Virus record (IMG/VR): IMGVR_UViG_3300002091_000055
Coordinates: 1 to 38,408 of that record
Direction: 5' to 3' (one strand)
Origin: a virus
Taxonomy: Duplodnaviria > Caudoviricetes
DNA: 38,408 nucleotides
The notes under the pieces: model-generated
What the model was told of the DNA's origin: nothing
Seen by the model: only the letters and a program-made list of their open reading frames with translations
Database searches by the model: none
Shown: piece by piece, positions 24,222 to 34,521 of the stretch
Position numbering within the stretch: the stretch's first letter is position 1
How the letters are laid out: every line of letters begins with the position of its first letter
Program-made: the position numbers and the translations under genes

Positions 24222-25175
24222 CTAGATGCTCGTACCACTTTCAACGCGGTACAAACTTTCCTCGCGGAAACGTGCCCAACCGATCAAAGCCTTCCAGCCG
24301 ATCGGACGGAAACGCATCAACTTGTCAGTCACAGGCCCAACAACAACCTGTGGTTCGTAGGCAACAGCCTCAGCAAGAGCCTGCTGACCCAAGAACAACG
24401 TGCGGTGATCCTTAGCAGATGAAGCACCATCAGTGGCAACATAAGTACGAGGTGATTCAATGAAGAAACAACCCTCGTAAGTACCAAGGACAGCGTTCCA
24501 AATGTCGGAAGCACCAGAATACTCGTGCGGTGAACGCCACGCAGCATTACCCGACTCAGCACGAAGGTCGTGCGAAACGTCAGGGTGAATGTAGCAAGCG
24601 TACAAACCGTTAGCCAAAGGCAAAGCGTTACCGCCACGCAACTTAGCAACCGAGTAACGCACAAGCTTTGAGGAGAACGTGTCAGACGAAGTCAACGTTG
24701 TACCGTTACCACTGGTACGAACAGCACCAGCGTTAGAGTAAATCACGTTAGTTCCACCAACAAGAACAGTACGAACCAACTGGTCAAGCGTGTCAGCCTG
24801 GTTGTACGCAATGATGTTGGCAATAGCAGGATCAACATCGGACAAAGATTCGAACTGCAACTTGGCAGTAGGAATAACAGCATTACCATACTCGTTAAGA
24901 GTCACAGTAACCTGAGTAGTGTTGGACAAAGCAACAGCATCTGGGTCAACGTTTTCAGTCAACGCAGTGGTAGCCGCACTCAGGTCAACATACTTTTGAA
25001 ACACCACGGACGAACCAGGACTGGTCACATCAACCGGACGCTTCGTTGCAGCCATGCGGAACATGGGCTGTGAACGCAAAGCGAACTCAACATACTTGTC
25101 ATAAGCAGTTGTGACTAGGTTAGTGATACCAGTCTGGTTTGTGATGGTACTTGTACCCGTATAGGTATTAGCCAC
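24222..25175 (-). CDS. Major capsid protein (N4-gp56-like family)
   Basis: 317 aa; VTLNEYGNAV, YIHPDVSHDLR, GPVTDKLMRFRPIGW; GAAAGG RBS; follows the scaffold. Confidence 0.9.
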   Translation of the reverse strand: MANTYTGTSTITNQTGITNLVTTAYDKYVEFALRSQPMFRMAATKRPVDVTSPGSSVVFQKYVDLSAATTALTENVDPDAVALSNTTQVTVTLNEYGNAVIPTAKLQFESLSDVDPAIANIIAYNQADTLDQLVRTVLVGGTNVIYSNAGAVRTSGNGTTLTSSDTFSSKLVRYSVAKLRGGNALPLANGLYACYIHPDVSHDLRAESGNAAWRSPHEYSGASDIWNAVLGTYEGCFFIESPRTYVATDGASSAKDHRTLFLGQQALAEAVAYEPQVVVGPVTDKLMRFRPIGWKALIGWARFREESLYRVESGTSI

Positions 25176-25219
25176 GGATCTTCACAACCTTTCGAACAGA
25201 CATTGGATGGGTTAAAACA

Positions 25220-25732
25220 TCATCCGCCCATTAGAAGGCGAGTCAGTTCTTCAGGGCTTGTAGCATTTTGGATAGCTGCCAAAGCCTGCGCTTCTGAAGT
25301 CATAGGGACTGCGCCTTGAGATGTTTGGTTGATGGTCGTAAAAGCGTCAACCTGTTGTTGGCTCACCCCAACTGCTGGTGTGACCGTACCCGACAAATCA
25401 AAAGGGTTCGAACCGGTTTGAGCCGGTACAGCCTCATTTGATCCGCCAAGGTTAATGTTAAAAATGGCTGCGTTTTCCACAAGCCACTCATTAACAGACG
25501 ATTCATTATCAACATCTGATGGAATGAACTTAGCAATAGCAGGATTGATACCGTTACTATTCAGGACTTCCTTGACAGTTCGCTCACGAGAAGACTTCTG
25601 GAGCGTGGCAAGTTGTTCTTCCAACTGCTTACGTTCCTTCTGTTCCTTCTTCAAAGCATCCCGTAAAGCCTTAGGGCCTTCGCCCTGCTCTCCGAGATCA
25701 TCGTCGTAGTTATCCCATTCGTTGTTGCTCAT
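25220..25732 (-). CDS. Capsid scaffolding protein
   Basis: Start MSNNEWDNYDDD at 25732 with AAGGGAG RBS; acidic N-terminus, coiled coil, directly upstream of the capsid gene. Confidence 0.75.
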   Translation of the reverse strand: MSNNEWDNYDDDLGEQGEGPKALRDALKKEQKERKQLEEQLATLQKSSRERTVKEVLNSNGINPAIAKFIPSDVDNESSVNEWLVENAAIFNINLGGSNEAVPAQTGSNPFDLSGTVTPAVGVSQQQVDAFTTINQTSQGAVPMTSEAQALAAIQNATSPEELTRLLMGG

Positions 25733-25744
25733 CGCAACGTCTCC

Positions 25745-25947
25745 CTTACTTGTTGTAGTTTCCGTAACCCGCAACCACCACAGGGGAATAGGTGACTGGC
25801 TGTTACTACCGGGCTTATGACGCTCCACAGGGCCGGTCGGTCTGCGAGAGGTTTAATGGGCTAGGGGTTTGCACCACGCCTAGCGATCTGATACATTATG
25901 TTTAAGAAGCGGGTAACACTGATAGGGGAAGATCAGTGTTATCCGCT
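25745..25947 (-). ncRNA. Structured RNA leader upstream of scaffold/capsid genes
   Basis: Long hairpin, GCAA-capped hairpin, candidate H-type pseudoknot and a UUCCCC-loop hairpin. Confidence 0.45.
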
Positions 25948-26997
25948 TTAGTACAAAGCTTTTTGGTCTTGTGCCAAAGAACCAGCCCTGATACCTGAAG
26001 TACCAGAGAACGATGCACGTTCCTGACTGGCCAACATCTTCTTACGGGCAGTGGCGGCAGCAGCACCAGCAGTATTGAACTGTTCAGACGCTGCCTGTTC
26101 AATACCATACGGGTCACCACCATAAATCTTTGACAAAGTGTCCCCACGTTGAGCATTCTCAGAAGCTTGAGCAAACCCTGAAGCAGCTTGAGCGTAACTA
26201 ACATTCGGGTTAACGTTGCCAATTTCTTGTGCCAAAGAACCACTAACCTTGTTACCCAACCCCTGATCTTGGGCTGCACCAAGAACCGTAGCCTTGCGGA
26301 TCTGGTTATTGATAACAGGTTCAGCAACTTTAGGATCAAGGAAAGCTTCAGTGAGGTGCCCAGAGTCAACACCATACAGTTTCAGGTACTGATCCCTAAC
26401 GGATTGTGGTGTGGAAGAAACAAAATCTGATGCGGCCTTAGCCCTATCATTAACTTCATTAGCCGAAACACCTGCACCAATAATTTTAGCAAGGTAACTT
26501 TGGCTCATGAACTGATCAGAAGTGATGCCATATTGTCTAAGGTTTTGACGCATCTGATCTTCGGTTGCTATGTACTGACCCTCAGACAACACATTTTGAC
26601 CGGCTGCTCGAAGTGCCTCATTACCAGCAAAACGATTTTTGTACTGGCTGGTTTCTTTAAGTTTAAGATTAACAGTATCAGCATCAGTGTAACCCTGCTG
26701 AATGTAACCATTGATAATATCAATAAGTGATTGGCCTGATGAGTCAGGAACATTCAAACCGTATTGCGTGAACGTATCTTTAAGAAGATCAAAAGCAGAC
26801 TTTTGATCGCTAGTTAAAGTCGTTGCAGAAGTACCAGGTGTAGTCGGTGTAGTGGTCGTAGGTGGTGTGGATGTTGGTACAGCATTCCCTTGAGAAGCAT
26901 TATACCTAGCATAAGCCAACTGAGTTGCAGCATCACCAACAACATTATTTTTAGCATAATAATCAAGCCACGCTTGAACTTGAGGAGTCTCAGCCAC
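25948..26997 (-). CDS. Putative internal virion protein
   Basis: 349 aa, helical, Ala/Gln-rich, in the morphogenesis operon. Confidence 0.55.
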   Translation of the reverse strand: MAETPQVQAWLDYYAKNNVVGDAATQLAYARYNASQGNAVPTSTPPTTTTPTTPGTSATTLTSDQKSAFDLLKDTFTQYGLNVPDSSGQSLIDIINGYIQQGYTDADTVNLKLKETSQYKNRFAGNEALRAAGQNVLSEGQYIATEDQMRQNLRQYGITSDQFMSQSYLAKIIGAGVSANEVNDRAKAASDFVSSTPQSVRDQYLKLYGVDSGHLTEAFLDPKVAEPVINNQIRKATVLGAAQDQGLGNKVSGSLAQEIGNVNPNVSYAQAASGFAQASENAQRGDTLSKIYGGDPYGIEQAASEQFNTAGAAAATARKKMLASQERASFSGTSGIRAGSLAQDQKALY

Positions 26998-28111
26998 TTA
27001 AACCCCACTTCTGAAGAATCGAATTAGCAACACTAGCCGTCGTTTGACGAGCATTGTTTGTGTACTGCCAACGTGGATCTTTACGCAAATCATTCTCAAA
27101 CTGCCACAAAGACTTAGCCTGAGCCTTACCCGTGTCAGGGTTACGACCAGACAAAGCTTCACGAATATTCGGATCAAACAAGTTAACATCAGTTGGGTTT
27201 AATTCAAGCAACGTACTCATACGTTGAATGTATGGGGAAGCAATGTCCGAAACGTTTTGACCAGCTTTAATCTGATCAGCATAAACAGGAAAAGCCGAAG
27301 CGGCCTGCGTCCTAATATCGTTCTCATAATCTTGGGCTGTTCTAGTACCACCAACAACACCACGGGCAGCAGTCGAATACCATTCATCATTATAAGACAC
27401 ACCATTAAGTTGTGCAAGTTGACGCAAATTTTGTTGTGCAGTACCAGCTGCACCACCCATTACACCATTATGCTCAGTGACATAACTGGATAAAAGCTTT
27501 GTTACATCCTGACCTTTAAGACCGAAACGGTAAACTTGGTTAACAGCCCTGGTTAAAGTGTTACCAGTAAGCGTTGCACCAAGTTGTGCGGCCTGTGCAA
27601 CCAAATCGTTTTTAACACTGTTCCAGTCCTGGGCGTAAGACTTTGGGTCAGTTAACCTTTTGATCTCGGTTAACCGCCAAGTTTCTGTGTTAGTTTTGTA
27701 CCATTTGGTGTTTCGAACTTGTGCAGTTAAATGTTCTGGAGACCAACCTTCAGCAACACCTTGCCTAAACAATGCAGCCAGTTCAGGGTACGTTGTCAAA
27801 ATTGCTTTATTCCAACCAACATCAGCAAGGTTCAAAGTATCTCTGGTTGTTGTTGGTGTGGTACCAGCAGTAGATGGAGCAACTGCTGGTGCAGATGATT
27901 GTGCCGCTTGTTGTTGTGCTACACGATTAGCATGAATTTGGTGGGCTGTGGGCTGTGCAGGGCCAGTTGCGTAAGTTGATGTAGGATCACTCATCCACCA
28001 ATCACCATAAGTTGCGCTACTTGGATCATCAACAGGCGCAATAGAACTACTACCAGATTGACCAGCCAAAGCGGTCGCAACCGCATCCCTATTAGCATTA
28101 CTTCCAGCCAT
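26990..28111 (-). CDS. Putative internal virion protein
   Basis: 373 aa; low-complexity N-terminus, C-terminal LWQFENDLRKDPRWQYTNNAR. Confidence 0.55.
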   Translation of the reverse strand: MAGSNANRDAVATALAGQSGSSSIAPVDDPSSATYGDWWMSDPTSTYATGPAQPTAHQIHANRVAQQQAAQSSAPAVAPSTAGTTPTTTRDTLNLADVGWNKAILTTYPELAALFRQGVAEGWSPEHLTAQVRNTKWYKTNTETWRLTEIKRLTDPKSYAQDWNSVKNDLVAQAAQLGATLTGNTLTRAVNQVYRFGLKGQDVTKLLSSYVTEHNGVMGGAAGTAQQNLRQLAQLNGVSYNDEWYSTAARGVVGGTRTAQDYENDIRTQAASAFPVYADQIKAGQNVSDIASPYIQRMSTLLELNPTDVNLFDPNIREALSGRNPDTGKAQAKSLWQFENDLRKDPRWQYTNNARQTTASVANSILQKWGLSG

Positions 28112-28911
28112 TACACATTCACCGGGCTTTGAATAGCTTTCATCAACGCATCCATGTATGTAGTTTCGGTTTGATATTCAGCATAGTCTTTAGCAGACTT
28201 AGCAAAATCAGAAGTAAACTGGCTAGCAGCAGTTGCACTTACACCACCAGTAGTGGTAGAAGAACTTGTAGAATTCCTATTACCAGTATCAATTTGAGCA
28301 ATTGAACCATTAACATTAGCAAGTTGTGAACTACCAGGATTTGAAACTTCCTGACCAGTGGTACTCGTATAACTAGGGTTAGCCTTTTCCATATTGTTCA
28401 AAGCATTAGTAAAAAGTTTAATCTCTTTAGCTGTTGGATCTCGACCAAGCAACTGTTGGGCAGCATTAGTCAAGGCTCCTTTGGCTTCTTCACCAGTGCT
28501 AATTGTTAAATTCTTTTGAACATTGTTAGTGTTTGTTACACTAATTTGTGGATTTTTTGCTGTGGTTGAACCGATAAGATCAATGGCGGAAAAAGGATCA
28601 AGTTTGTAGTAACCAGAAGCGTAGGCTTTTGTTGCTGCACCAACAGCCTTTTCCCAATTTTTTTGAACAGTTTGAGGATCACTAACATCAAGACCAGAAG
28701 ATGCCATACGGTTAACAATCTTTTGGTATTCAATTGGATTGGTTGCTTGCAACGTGTACAGGTAACCGGTAACTTGTCCAGCTGTTATTGGGTTAATGGG
28801 TTTACCGTTTGGCCCATAATTTGTTTGACCAACTGTAAAAATAAGTTGATCTGAATTTGTTGGTGAAAATCCTGCATCTATAGCTTGTTGTATTGAATCA
28901 GTAGCTGCCAT
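28111..28911 (-). CDS. Putative internal virion protein
   Basis: 266 aa; QQLLGRDPTAKEI; TAATG overlaps. Confidence 0.55.
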   Translation of the reverse strand: MAATDSIQQAIDAGFSPTNSDQLIFTVGQTNYGPNGKPINPITAGQVTGYLYTLQATNPIEYQKIVNRMASSGLDVSDPQTVQKNWEKAVGAATKAYASGYYKLDPFSAIDLIGSTTAKNPQISVTNTNNVQKNLTISTGEEAKGALTNAAQQLLGRDPTAKEIKLFTNALNNMEKANPSYTSTTGQEVSNPGSSQLANVNGSIAQIDTGNRNSTSSSTTTGGVSATAASQFTSDFAKSAKDYAEYQTETTYMDALMKAIQSPVNV

Positions 28912-31900
28912 TAGTTAACCGCCGTCCCAATATTTTCAAGACGAGAAAATTCTCCGTCAAGTTGCCGATAATAAATTTCACCAAACCTTGGATTTTCATT
29001 AATCAAACCACTAACAAAAGCATTCCAAGCATCATCTAACGCACCATATTTTTGGGAAGAATCAAGAACACCAGCATTATAATTTGATGGCAAAGCATCA
29101 ACAATTTTTTGCCTTTGTTCAATGTACTGTTGAAGTTGTTTAACAGGTATCGCTGCATTAGGATTTTTATTTGATTCAGATTGAACACTTGGGTTAGAAA
29201 TGATTGTTTGTAAACCCTGAATTGTATTAGGATAATTTTTGCTACCACCAAAATTAATATCGTTTCTAAACGCAGGGTTTTCTGCTTTAAGACTGGCAAC
29301 AAAACTTTTGAAACCCTCATTCAAAGCTGGCCATTGAGTGATGGAAGTTAAATTGTTTTCATTCAACAAAGCCTGAACTCTTTGACGTTGCTGAATATAT
29401 TGCCTATAACCTTCCTCAACCTGTGTTTGATCAATAGCATCAGCAGCTGAACGATTACCACGATAAGACTCAATTGTTCCAGGTATCTTGTTTTGAATTT
29501 GCCAATTATAAACAGCTGAATTAAAATCTTGTTTGCCACTAGGATCATTAACAAGCAAACCAATAAGTTTAGGATTTGATCGAGCAATCTCTAAAATAAA
29601 ATCCTTAGGGTAAGAATCAAGTTTCTTTTGGGCAAACAATGTTGGATTAATTCCTGCATTGTTTTGGGTAACAGAAAATGTGTACGCAGCTGCTGTATTT
29701 TTTGATCCAAGCCAAGGTGAAAAATCATTTATAAATCTTGTGGTTGCATCAAGTTGTGTTTGTTGACCAAAAGTTGGTGACTGCGGATCTTTGTCTAAAG
29801 AAACAAGTGTTCCTTGCTTCTCGTATTCCCTATACTTGTTGACAAGGAATTGTTGCCTTGGGTCAATAATGTTTGTTGAAAATGGTAAAGAAACTGAACC
29901 AAGAATTTTTACAACAAAAAGTTTATCAACTTTTTTATCAACTTCAGCAATGTCCTGTGGAGTCAAATAAGGGCTTTGACCTGAATTAACTTTTTGCTCA
30001 ATTTGATTGATGAGCATCAAAGATGTTGCATTGGCCCTTGTCGTACCAGACTCATCATTGGAATTAAACCATTGACGGATCCAAGACGGCATAACAGCTT
30101 TGAAAGGATTCTGCGGTATTTGTGCTTTCTTCGGAAAAAATCCACGTTCAGTATTTGAAGGAAAAATATATTTTCCTAATTCTTGAACAATGAAATTACT
30201 TGGTTCTTTGTTAGCAAACCATGCAAAAGGAAGTGCAATGGTGGGGCCGGTTGATGGCAACAAAGGAACGTTACCTTGAAGTACCAGGTTGAAGGAAGTG
30301 ATCGGTGGTGCAAGAACAAATCTTTCATCAAGACCAATAAGTTTTTTGAAAAATTTTGGTACAGGTAAAACAACACCATATTTCGCATTGGGAAAAATCG
30401 GTAAAATATTTGGTTTATTTCCGCTAACATCACCAGTATCAAGGTTCACAATCAAACCTGTTTTTGCTGGCATTTGAAAAAGATCGTAAGCATAAACAAG
30501 TGTTTGCGGTTTACGACCAATAATTGCAGCCCAAGTTCTTACAGTATTATTTGATGCAGCAATGAATGGGGACATAACCCTTAAAGCATCAGCACCATTA
30601 GAATAACGATCAATAGTATAAATCCATTTTTTAACATCTTGAACTGCGCCAAGTCGAGCCGTTCTGGTTAAGTCAGCAACTTCAGCTTCAGTCAATTTGC
30701 TTACATCAGTGCCTTGCTTTTGCAAAGCATTAAGAATTTCTTGTGACCTGTTTCTGAAAGACATTGCACCGAAAGGAAGTCTTACAAGACTATCTTCAAG
30801 ATCAGAACCAATTTTCTTAAACAAATAATCAACAGTTACTTTACGAGTTTTTTGCAAAGCAGCAACTGCTGTATTGTTTGAAACTACTTCCTCAACACGA
30901 ATACCATGAATTGTTCCAATAAGTTCAGGGTCTTGAATAATGTTTCTAAATTCTTCACCACTAAAAGTTTTAGAAAACAATTGATCAATAATTTCCTGGG
31001 GCAAACCAGACCATTTTGTTCCAGGTGTTCCAGTAATATGTTTTTGAACCTGTCGTTCAATTTCTAAAAATTTGTCAACAGCTTGTTCAACAGTTGCTTG
31101 TTGTCCTGGTTCAAGATGGTAACCAAGACCATATTTTTTTCTAAGGTTAACTGCATCACGGTTGCTTGAAGTAAACCAGTTCAGTAATTGGTTTCGATCT
31201 TCGCCCTTAATTAAACGCCTAGCAATAGGATCACCAATAATTTGTTGAACATCTCTTGAATAAGAATCAAAATAGTATTTAAGATTTTTATCAAGTTGCT
31301 TTTCGGCACGTTGCCTACTTACAGTGTTAGCTGCAATACCTGCTTCATCAAGAACTGGTGGATCAATTGGATCACCCCAAGTAATTTTTGCTGAATTAAC
31401 TTTTTCATCCGGTCTTAAAGCCCTTTGAGTTGTTTTTTCAGCAGAAATAACAGATCGAACATCAGCTGCGTGTTCAGGGTTGTACATATCACTCATTGTT
31501 AAAACAGGTGTTCCTTTTTTTTCTTCTGGAACAAGACGAAGTTGACCATTTTTTTCAACAACTTTTAGAGTACCCGTTGCTGAATATTCAGGGTTTGCAA
31601 CCCGTGCATTAGCTGCAATTTTTTCAGCATCAGTTGCAAAACTAACACCATGTTTTGCATTAACATAAAGAGAATTTACACCAGCAAGACGATTCTTTGC
31701 CCAAGCGTGCATTCCTTCTGGACCAATCTGTGCCGCCATTTGTGTTAAAACACCGAGGCCAGCTAGACGACCATATGATTCTGAAATGTTTCTTGGAGCA
31801 AAACCACCACGCAAAAGAATTGAAGGTTTCCACAAATTGTCAATAAGAAAATTTGTTGCTTCAATTGATCGGTTAACAGCAACACCGGATGCACGATTAA

Positions 31901-33887
31901 CTTTACCCAAAACACCAAGTTCATTAAAAGCAATTGGATCATACTTATGAAATTTTCTGATGTATGAAACATCAAGCAAAGGGTAACCAGCATCAAGTTG
32001 TGCAAGAAGAAGTGCATCATGCACAATAGTTACACCATCATCTGCAATGTAATAACCATTTTGTTTTGTTGCATCAACAACTTCTTGTTGCTTTCCAAGA
32101 AGTTTATTAACTGCATTATCTAAAGATTCACCTTCGTAACCAAGTTCATCACGCAGAGTTGATCGAACCCTGGCCTCATTGAATTGGCGAGCAAAATCTC
32201 TTTTTTCAGTTTCAGTAATTGCAAGTTGATAATTTTCCATCCACGACAAACGTTCAGCGGGTGTCCAACCTTTAATATCGTAAGCTGCTGCCTGAATTTC
32301 TTTTGCACCATCAGCAATATTTGTACCCTTGAAAACGATAAAGTTAGCTGGTCGTACTTGACCCACATGACGGGCAATAGCAATCGTTCTGGCAAGTGGT
32401 GATATTTGATATTTGTCAACAACCCATGATCCATCTGTTTTTTGACGTGAAGCTTCATAACTTGTTGGGTTGTCTAAAATTTTTGGTTTTCCACCAATGG
32501 AAATATCTCCCCTAACCCTGGCCATATCCGCATAAATATTTGCAAGGTACTTATTTTTTGGCCCCATTTCAGCACCAATAAGACTAAGATTAAAACCTGT
32601 TCCAACAAAACCAGAAGATTCACCTAAAGCTTTAGCCATTCCCTTATCAGCAAGCAAGTACTGATCCCATAGTTCTTTTGTTACCGCAGGTGCTTCAGCA
32701 ATTGGATTGGCCGCGCGTTGCAATGCTTCAGTAAGTATTTGGGCATTGCTTTGAAGAAATTCCCTTGAAGTTTGATCACCTAATTGTGCAGCAACAAGGT
32801 GGCCAATAAGTTGTTGAGGTGTTGCATTGACAGCTTCAGTTCCACCAACCTTGATAAATAAGTCCATTGCCCCAGCAAGTTCATCAGGGTTTGTTGCTTT
32901 CCAACCATCTTCCCCAACAAGTGATCTGATTTGGGCAAGGTTCATTCTTTCTGAACCATCGGCTGCTTTACCAACGATATTTTGTAATTGGGCACCAATA
33001 CCAGAATTAGCATTACCGCTAGCAAAATTTTTTGCTTCCTGGGCTAGTTTAGGGGCACGAGCCTGATACCAAACTGGACTAAATTTTCCAAAAATTTTCT
33101 TGTCAGAACCTGTTGCTGTTCTATAAAAATTATGATCAGCAAAAACTGATGCACCTTTTCCAACCCAGATTAAAGGATCAAGCAAATATGTTGAAGCATC
33201 AGTAGTACCAGAAATAAAGTTGGCAAAATAGTTATTCATAAACCCATGTTGCAGAATACCGTTACCATCAACATAAGTTAATTCTGAATTCATTGCTATT
33301 GCTCGATTAACTTGTTCCCTGGGCGAAGAAGCACCCTGATCACCAAAAAAACGATTAGCGGAAGCAACAACTTCTTGACCTGGTGACAGGTAACGTGAAG
33401 CACTCCACACATCTTTAAGGGTTTTATGTGCATCAGTTAATTGGCCACCACCGGTAGCGTAGTCAGCTGCCAACATTCCCGCTGTTAAACCATGCTGAAC
33501 TAATTGAACCGGTGTCATTGCAACATCAGTTAATGCACCAATATTTGCTAAACCAGATTCTTGAATTGCTTGAGGATTATAATTTTGTGGAGCCGAGTAA
33601 GTGGCAGCTCGCTGCGGGTTAACTGCTGAAGCATATGGGTTCGTGGTTTCATTAGCTACAGCACCAGCAGCAAGGGCACCAATAGGATACGCAGCAGCTT
33701 TAATAACTGGTTCAATTGCTGTTTTCACAGTTGAACTAACTTCATTTGCATATTGAGGAAATTCTGATGCTTTAAGTGGTGTTAAACGACCAGCAGTTCC
33801 ATCAGCAACACCCGGACTTCCAAGATAACCGGCATAATTTTCAACAGCATTTTTTGATGCTGAAACAATTGTTCCCCATAAACTCAT
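28911..33887 (-). CDS. Large putative internal virion / DNA ejection protein
   Basis: About 1658 aa from the ATG at 33887; helical, without tape-measure repeats; AT-rich codons. Confidence 0.6.
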   Translation of the reverse strand: MSLWGTIVSASKNAVENYAGYLGSPGVADGTAGRLTPLKASEFPQYANEVSSTVKTAIEPVIKAAAYPIGALAAGAVANETTNPYASAVNPQRAATYSAPQNYNPQAIQESGLANIGALTDVAMTPVQLVQHGLTAGMLAADYATGGGQLTDAHKTLKDVWSASRYLSPGQEVVASANRFFGDQGASSPREQVNRAIAMNSELTYVDGNGILQHGFMNNYFANFISGTTDASTYLLDPLIWVGKGASVFADHNFYRTATGSDKKIFGKFSPVWYQARAPKLAQEAKNFASGNANSGIGAQLQNIVGKAADGSERMNLAQIRSLVGEDGWKATNPDELAGAMDLFIKVGGTEAVNATPQQLIGHLVAAQLGDQTSREFLQSNAQILTEALQRAANPIAEAPAVTKELWDQYLLADKGMAKALGESSGFVGTGFNLSLIGAEMGPKNKYLANIYADMARVRGDISIGGKPKILDNPTSYEASRQKTDGSWVVDKYQISPLARTIAIARHVGQVRPANFIVFKGTNIADGAKEIQAAAYDIKGWTPAERLSWMENYQLAITETEKRDFARQFNEARVRSTLRDELGYEGESLDNAVNKLLGKQQEVVDATKQNGYYIADDGVTIVHDALLLAQLDAGYPLLDVSYIRKFHKYDPIAFNELGVLGKVNRASGVAVNRSIEATNFLIDNLWKPSILLRGGFAPRNISESYGRLAGLGVLTQMAAQIGPEGMHAWAKNRLAGVNSLYVNAKHGVSFATDAEKIAANARVANPEYSATGTLKVVEKNGQLRLVPEEKKGTPVLTMSDMYNPEHAADVRSVISAEKTTQRALRPDEKVNSAKITWGDPIDPPVLDEAGIAANTVSRQRAEKQLDKNLKYYFDSYSRDVQQIIGDPIARRLIKGEDRNQLLNWFTSSNRDAVNLRKKYGLGYHLEPGQQATVEQAVDKFLEIERQVQKHITGTPGTKWSGLPQEIIDQLFSKTFSGEEFRNIIQDPELIGTIHGIRVEEVVSNNTAVAALQKTRKVTVDYLFKKIGSDLEDSLVRLPFGAMSFRNRSQEILNALQKQGTDVSKLTEAEVADLTRTARLGAVQDVKKWIYTIDRYSNGADALRVMSPFIAASNNTVRTWAAIIGRKPQTLVYAYDLFQMPAKTGLIVNLDTGDVSGNKPNILPIFPNAKYGVVLPVPKFFKKLIGLDERFVLAPPITSFNLVLQGNVPLLPSTGPTIALPFAWFANKEPSNFIVQELGKYIFPSNTERGFFPKKAQIPQNPFKAVMPSWIRQWFNSNDESGTTRANATSLMLINQIEQKVNSGQSPYLTPQDIAEVDKKVDKLFVVKILGSVSLPFSTNIIDPRQQFLVNKYREYEKQGTLVSLDKDPQSPTFGQQTQLDATTRFINDFSPWLGSKNTAAAYTFSVTQNNAGINPTLFAQKKLDSYPKDFILEIARSNPKLIGLLVNDPSGKQDFNSAVYNWQIQNKIPGTIESYRGNRSAADAIDQTQVEEGYRQYIQQRQRVQALLNENNLTSITQWPALNEGFKSFVASLKAENPAFRNDINFGGSKNYPNTIQGLQTIISNPSVQSESNKNPNAAIPVKQLQQYIEQRQKIVDALPSNYNAGVLDSSQKYGALDDAWNAFVSGLINENPRFGEIYYRQLDGEFSRLENIGTAVN

Positions 33888-34030
33888 GGTTTGCTCCACC
33901 CACCAAGAATAGAAGCTAACTTGTAATGATCATCATTGTTCATTGGAAGATGAGCTAAATCCCATGCAGCAGAAACATCTTGCAGCCCAACTGCTTGAGT
34001 GTAAAGTGCAAACCGATCAAAGAAATCCAC
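33884..34030 (-). CDS. 48-aa hypothetical protein, not in ORF track
   Basis: (M)DFFDRFALYTQAVGLQDVSAAWDLAHLPM...; fills the gap exactly with overlaps at both ends. Confidence 0.6.
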   Translation of the reverse strand: MDFFDRFALYTQAVGLQDVSAAWDLAHLPMNNDDHYKLASILGGWSKP

Positions 34031-34506
34031 TATTGGTACGCTTTCAAATACATAACAATGTTTCGAAGTGTTTGTGAAGATTCAGCCGAGTTAGCTCGTT
34101 CTTGAATCAACGGTAGATAAGGCAAAAGTTTTTGAATATCAGCATCAGCTGTCAAGGGTTGTGCTGGGGCACCAGGCCCAGGACCAGCGTTAACACCAGC
34201 AGTGACCGGTTCATCAGGACGCTGTGTGGGGTCTGTAAGAGGTGTTGGTGGTGTCATTGGGGTAACAGGTGCAGAAGGTTGCGCTGGGCCGTTAGAAGGC
34301 AACACAGGGCTTCCTGATGGCATACCATCTTGAGCCATAGTTGCACCACCCTGAATACTGTGCATTTCCTGTCGATCACCATAATTGGCAGCAGGTACAT
34401 CTCTAATAGGTTGGCCAGGACCACCATCAGTGCGTTGCGATAGTGACCCTGGCCCTGAAACGGGGGCAGGGTTGGTGGGTTTGCGGTATCCACCTTGTTG
34501 CGCCAT
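34030..34506 (-). CDS. Pro/Gly-rich hypothetical virion-module protein
   Basis: GGYRKPTNPAPVSGPGSLSQRTDGGPGQ...TQRPDEPVTAG. Confidence 0.75.
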   Translation of the reverse strand: MAQQGGYRKPTNPAPVSGPGSLSQRTDGGPGQPIRDVPAANYGDRQEMHSIQGGATMAQDGMPSGSPVLPSNGPAQPSAPVTPMTPPTPLTDPTQRPDEPVTAGVNAGPGPGAPAQPLTADADIQKLLPYLPLIQERANSAESSQTLRNIVMYLKAYQ

Positions 34507-34521
34507 TACGTTTACCTACTT

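Noticed and set aside
25220-25828. Longer 202-aa scaffold start from the ORF track
   Set aside because: The extension runs through the structured leader; the ATG at 25732 has the RBS
25856-25890. tRNA fragment (GGTGCAAACCC resembling a T-loop)
   Set aside because: No cloverleaf can be built; better explained as a GNRA-capped hairpin
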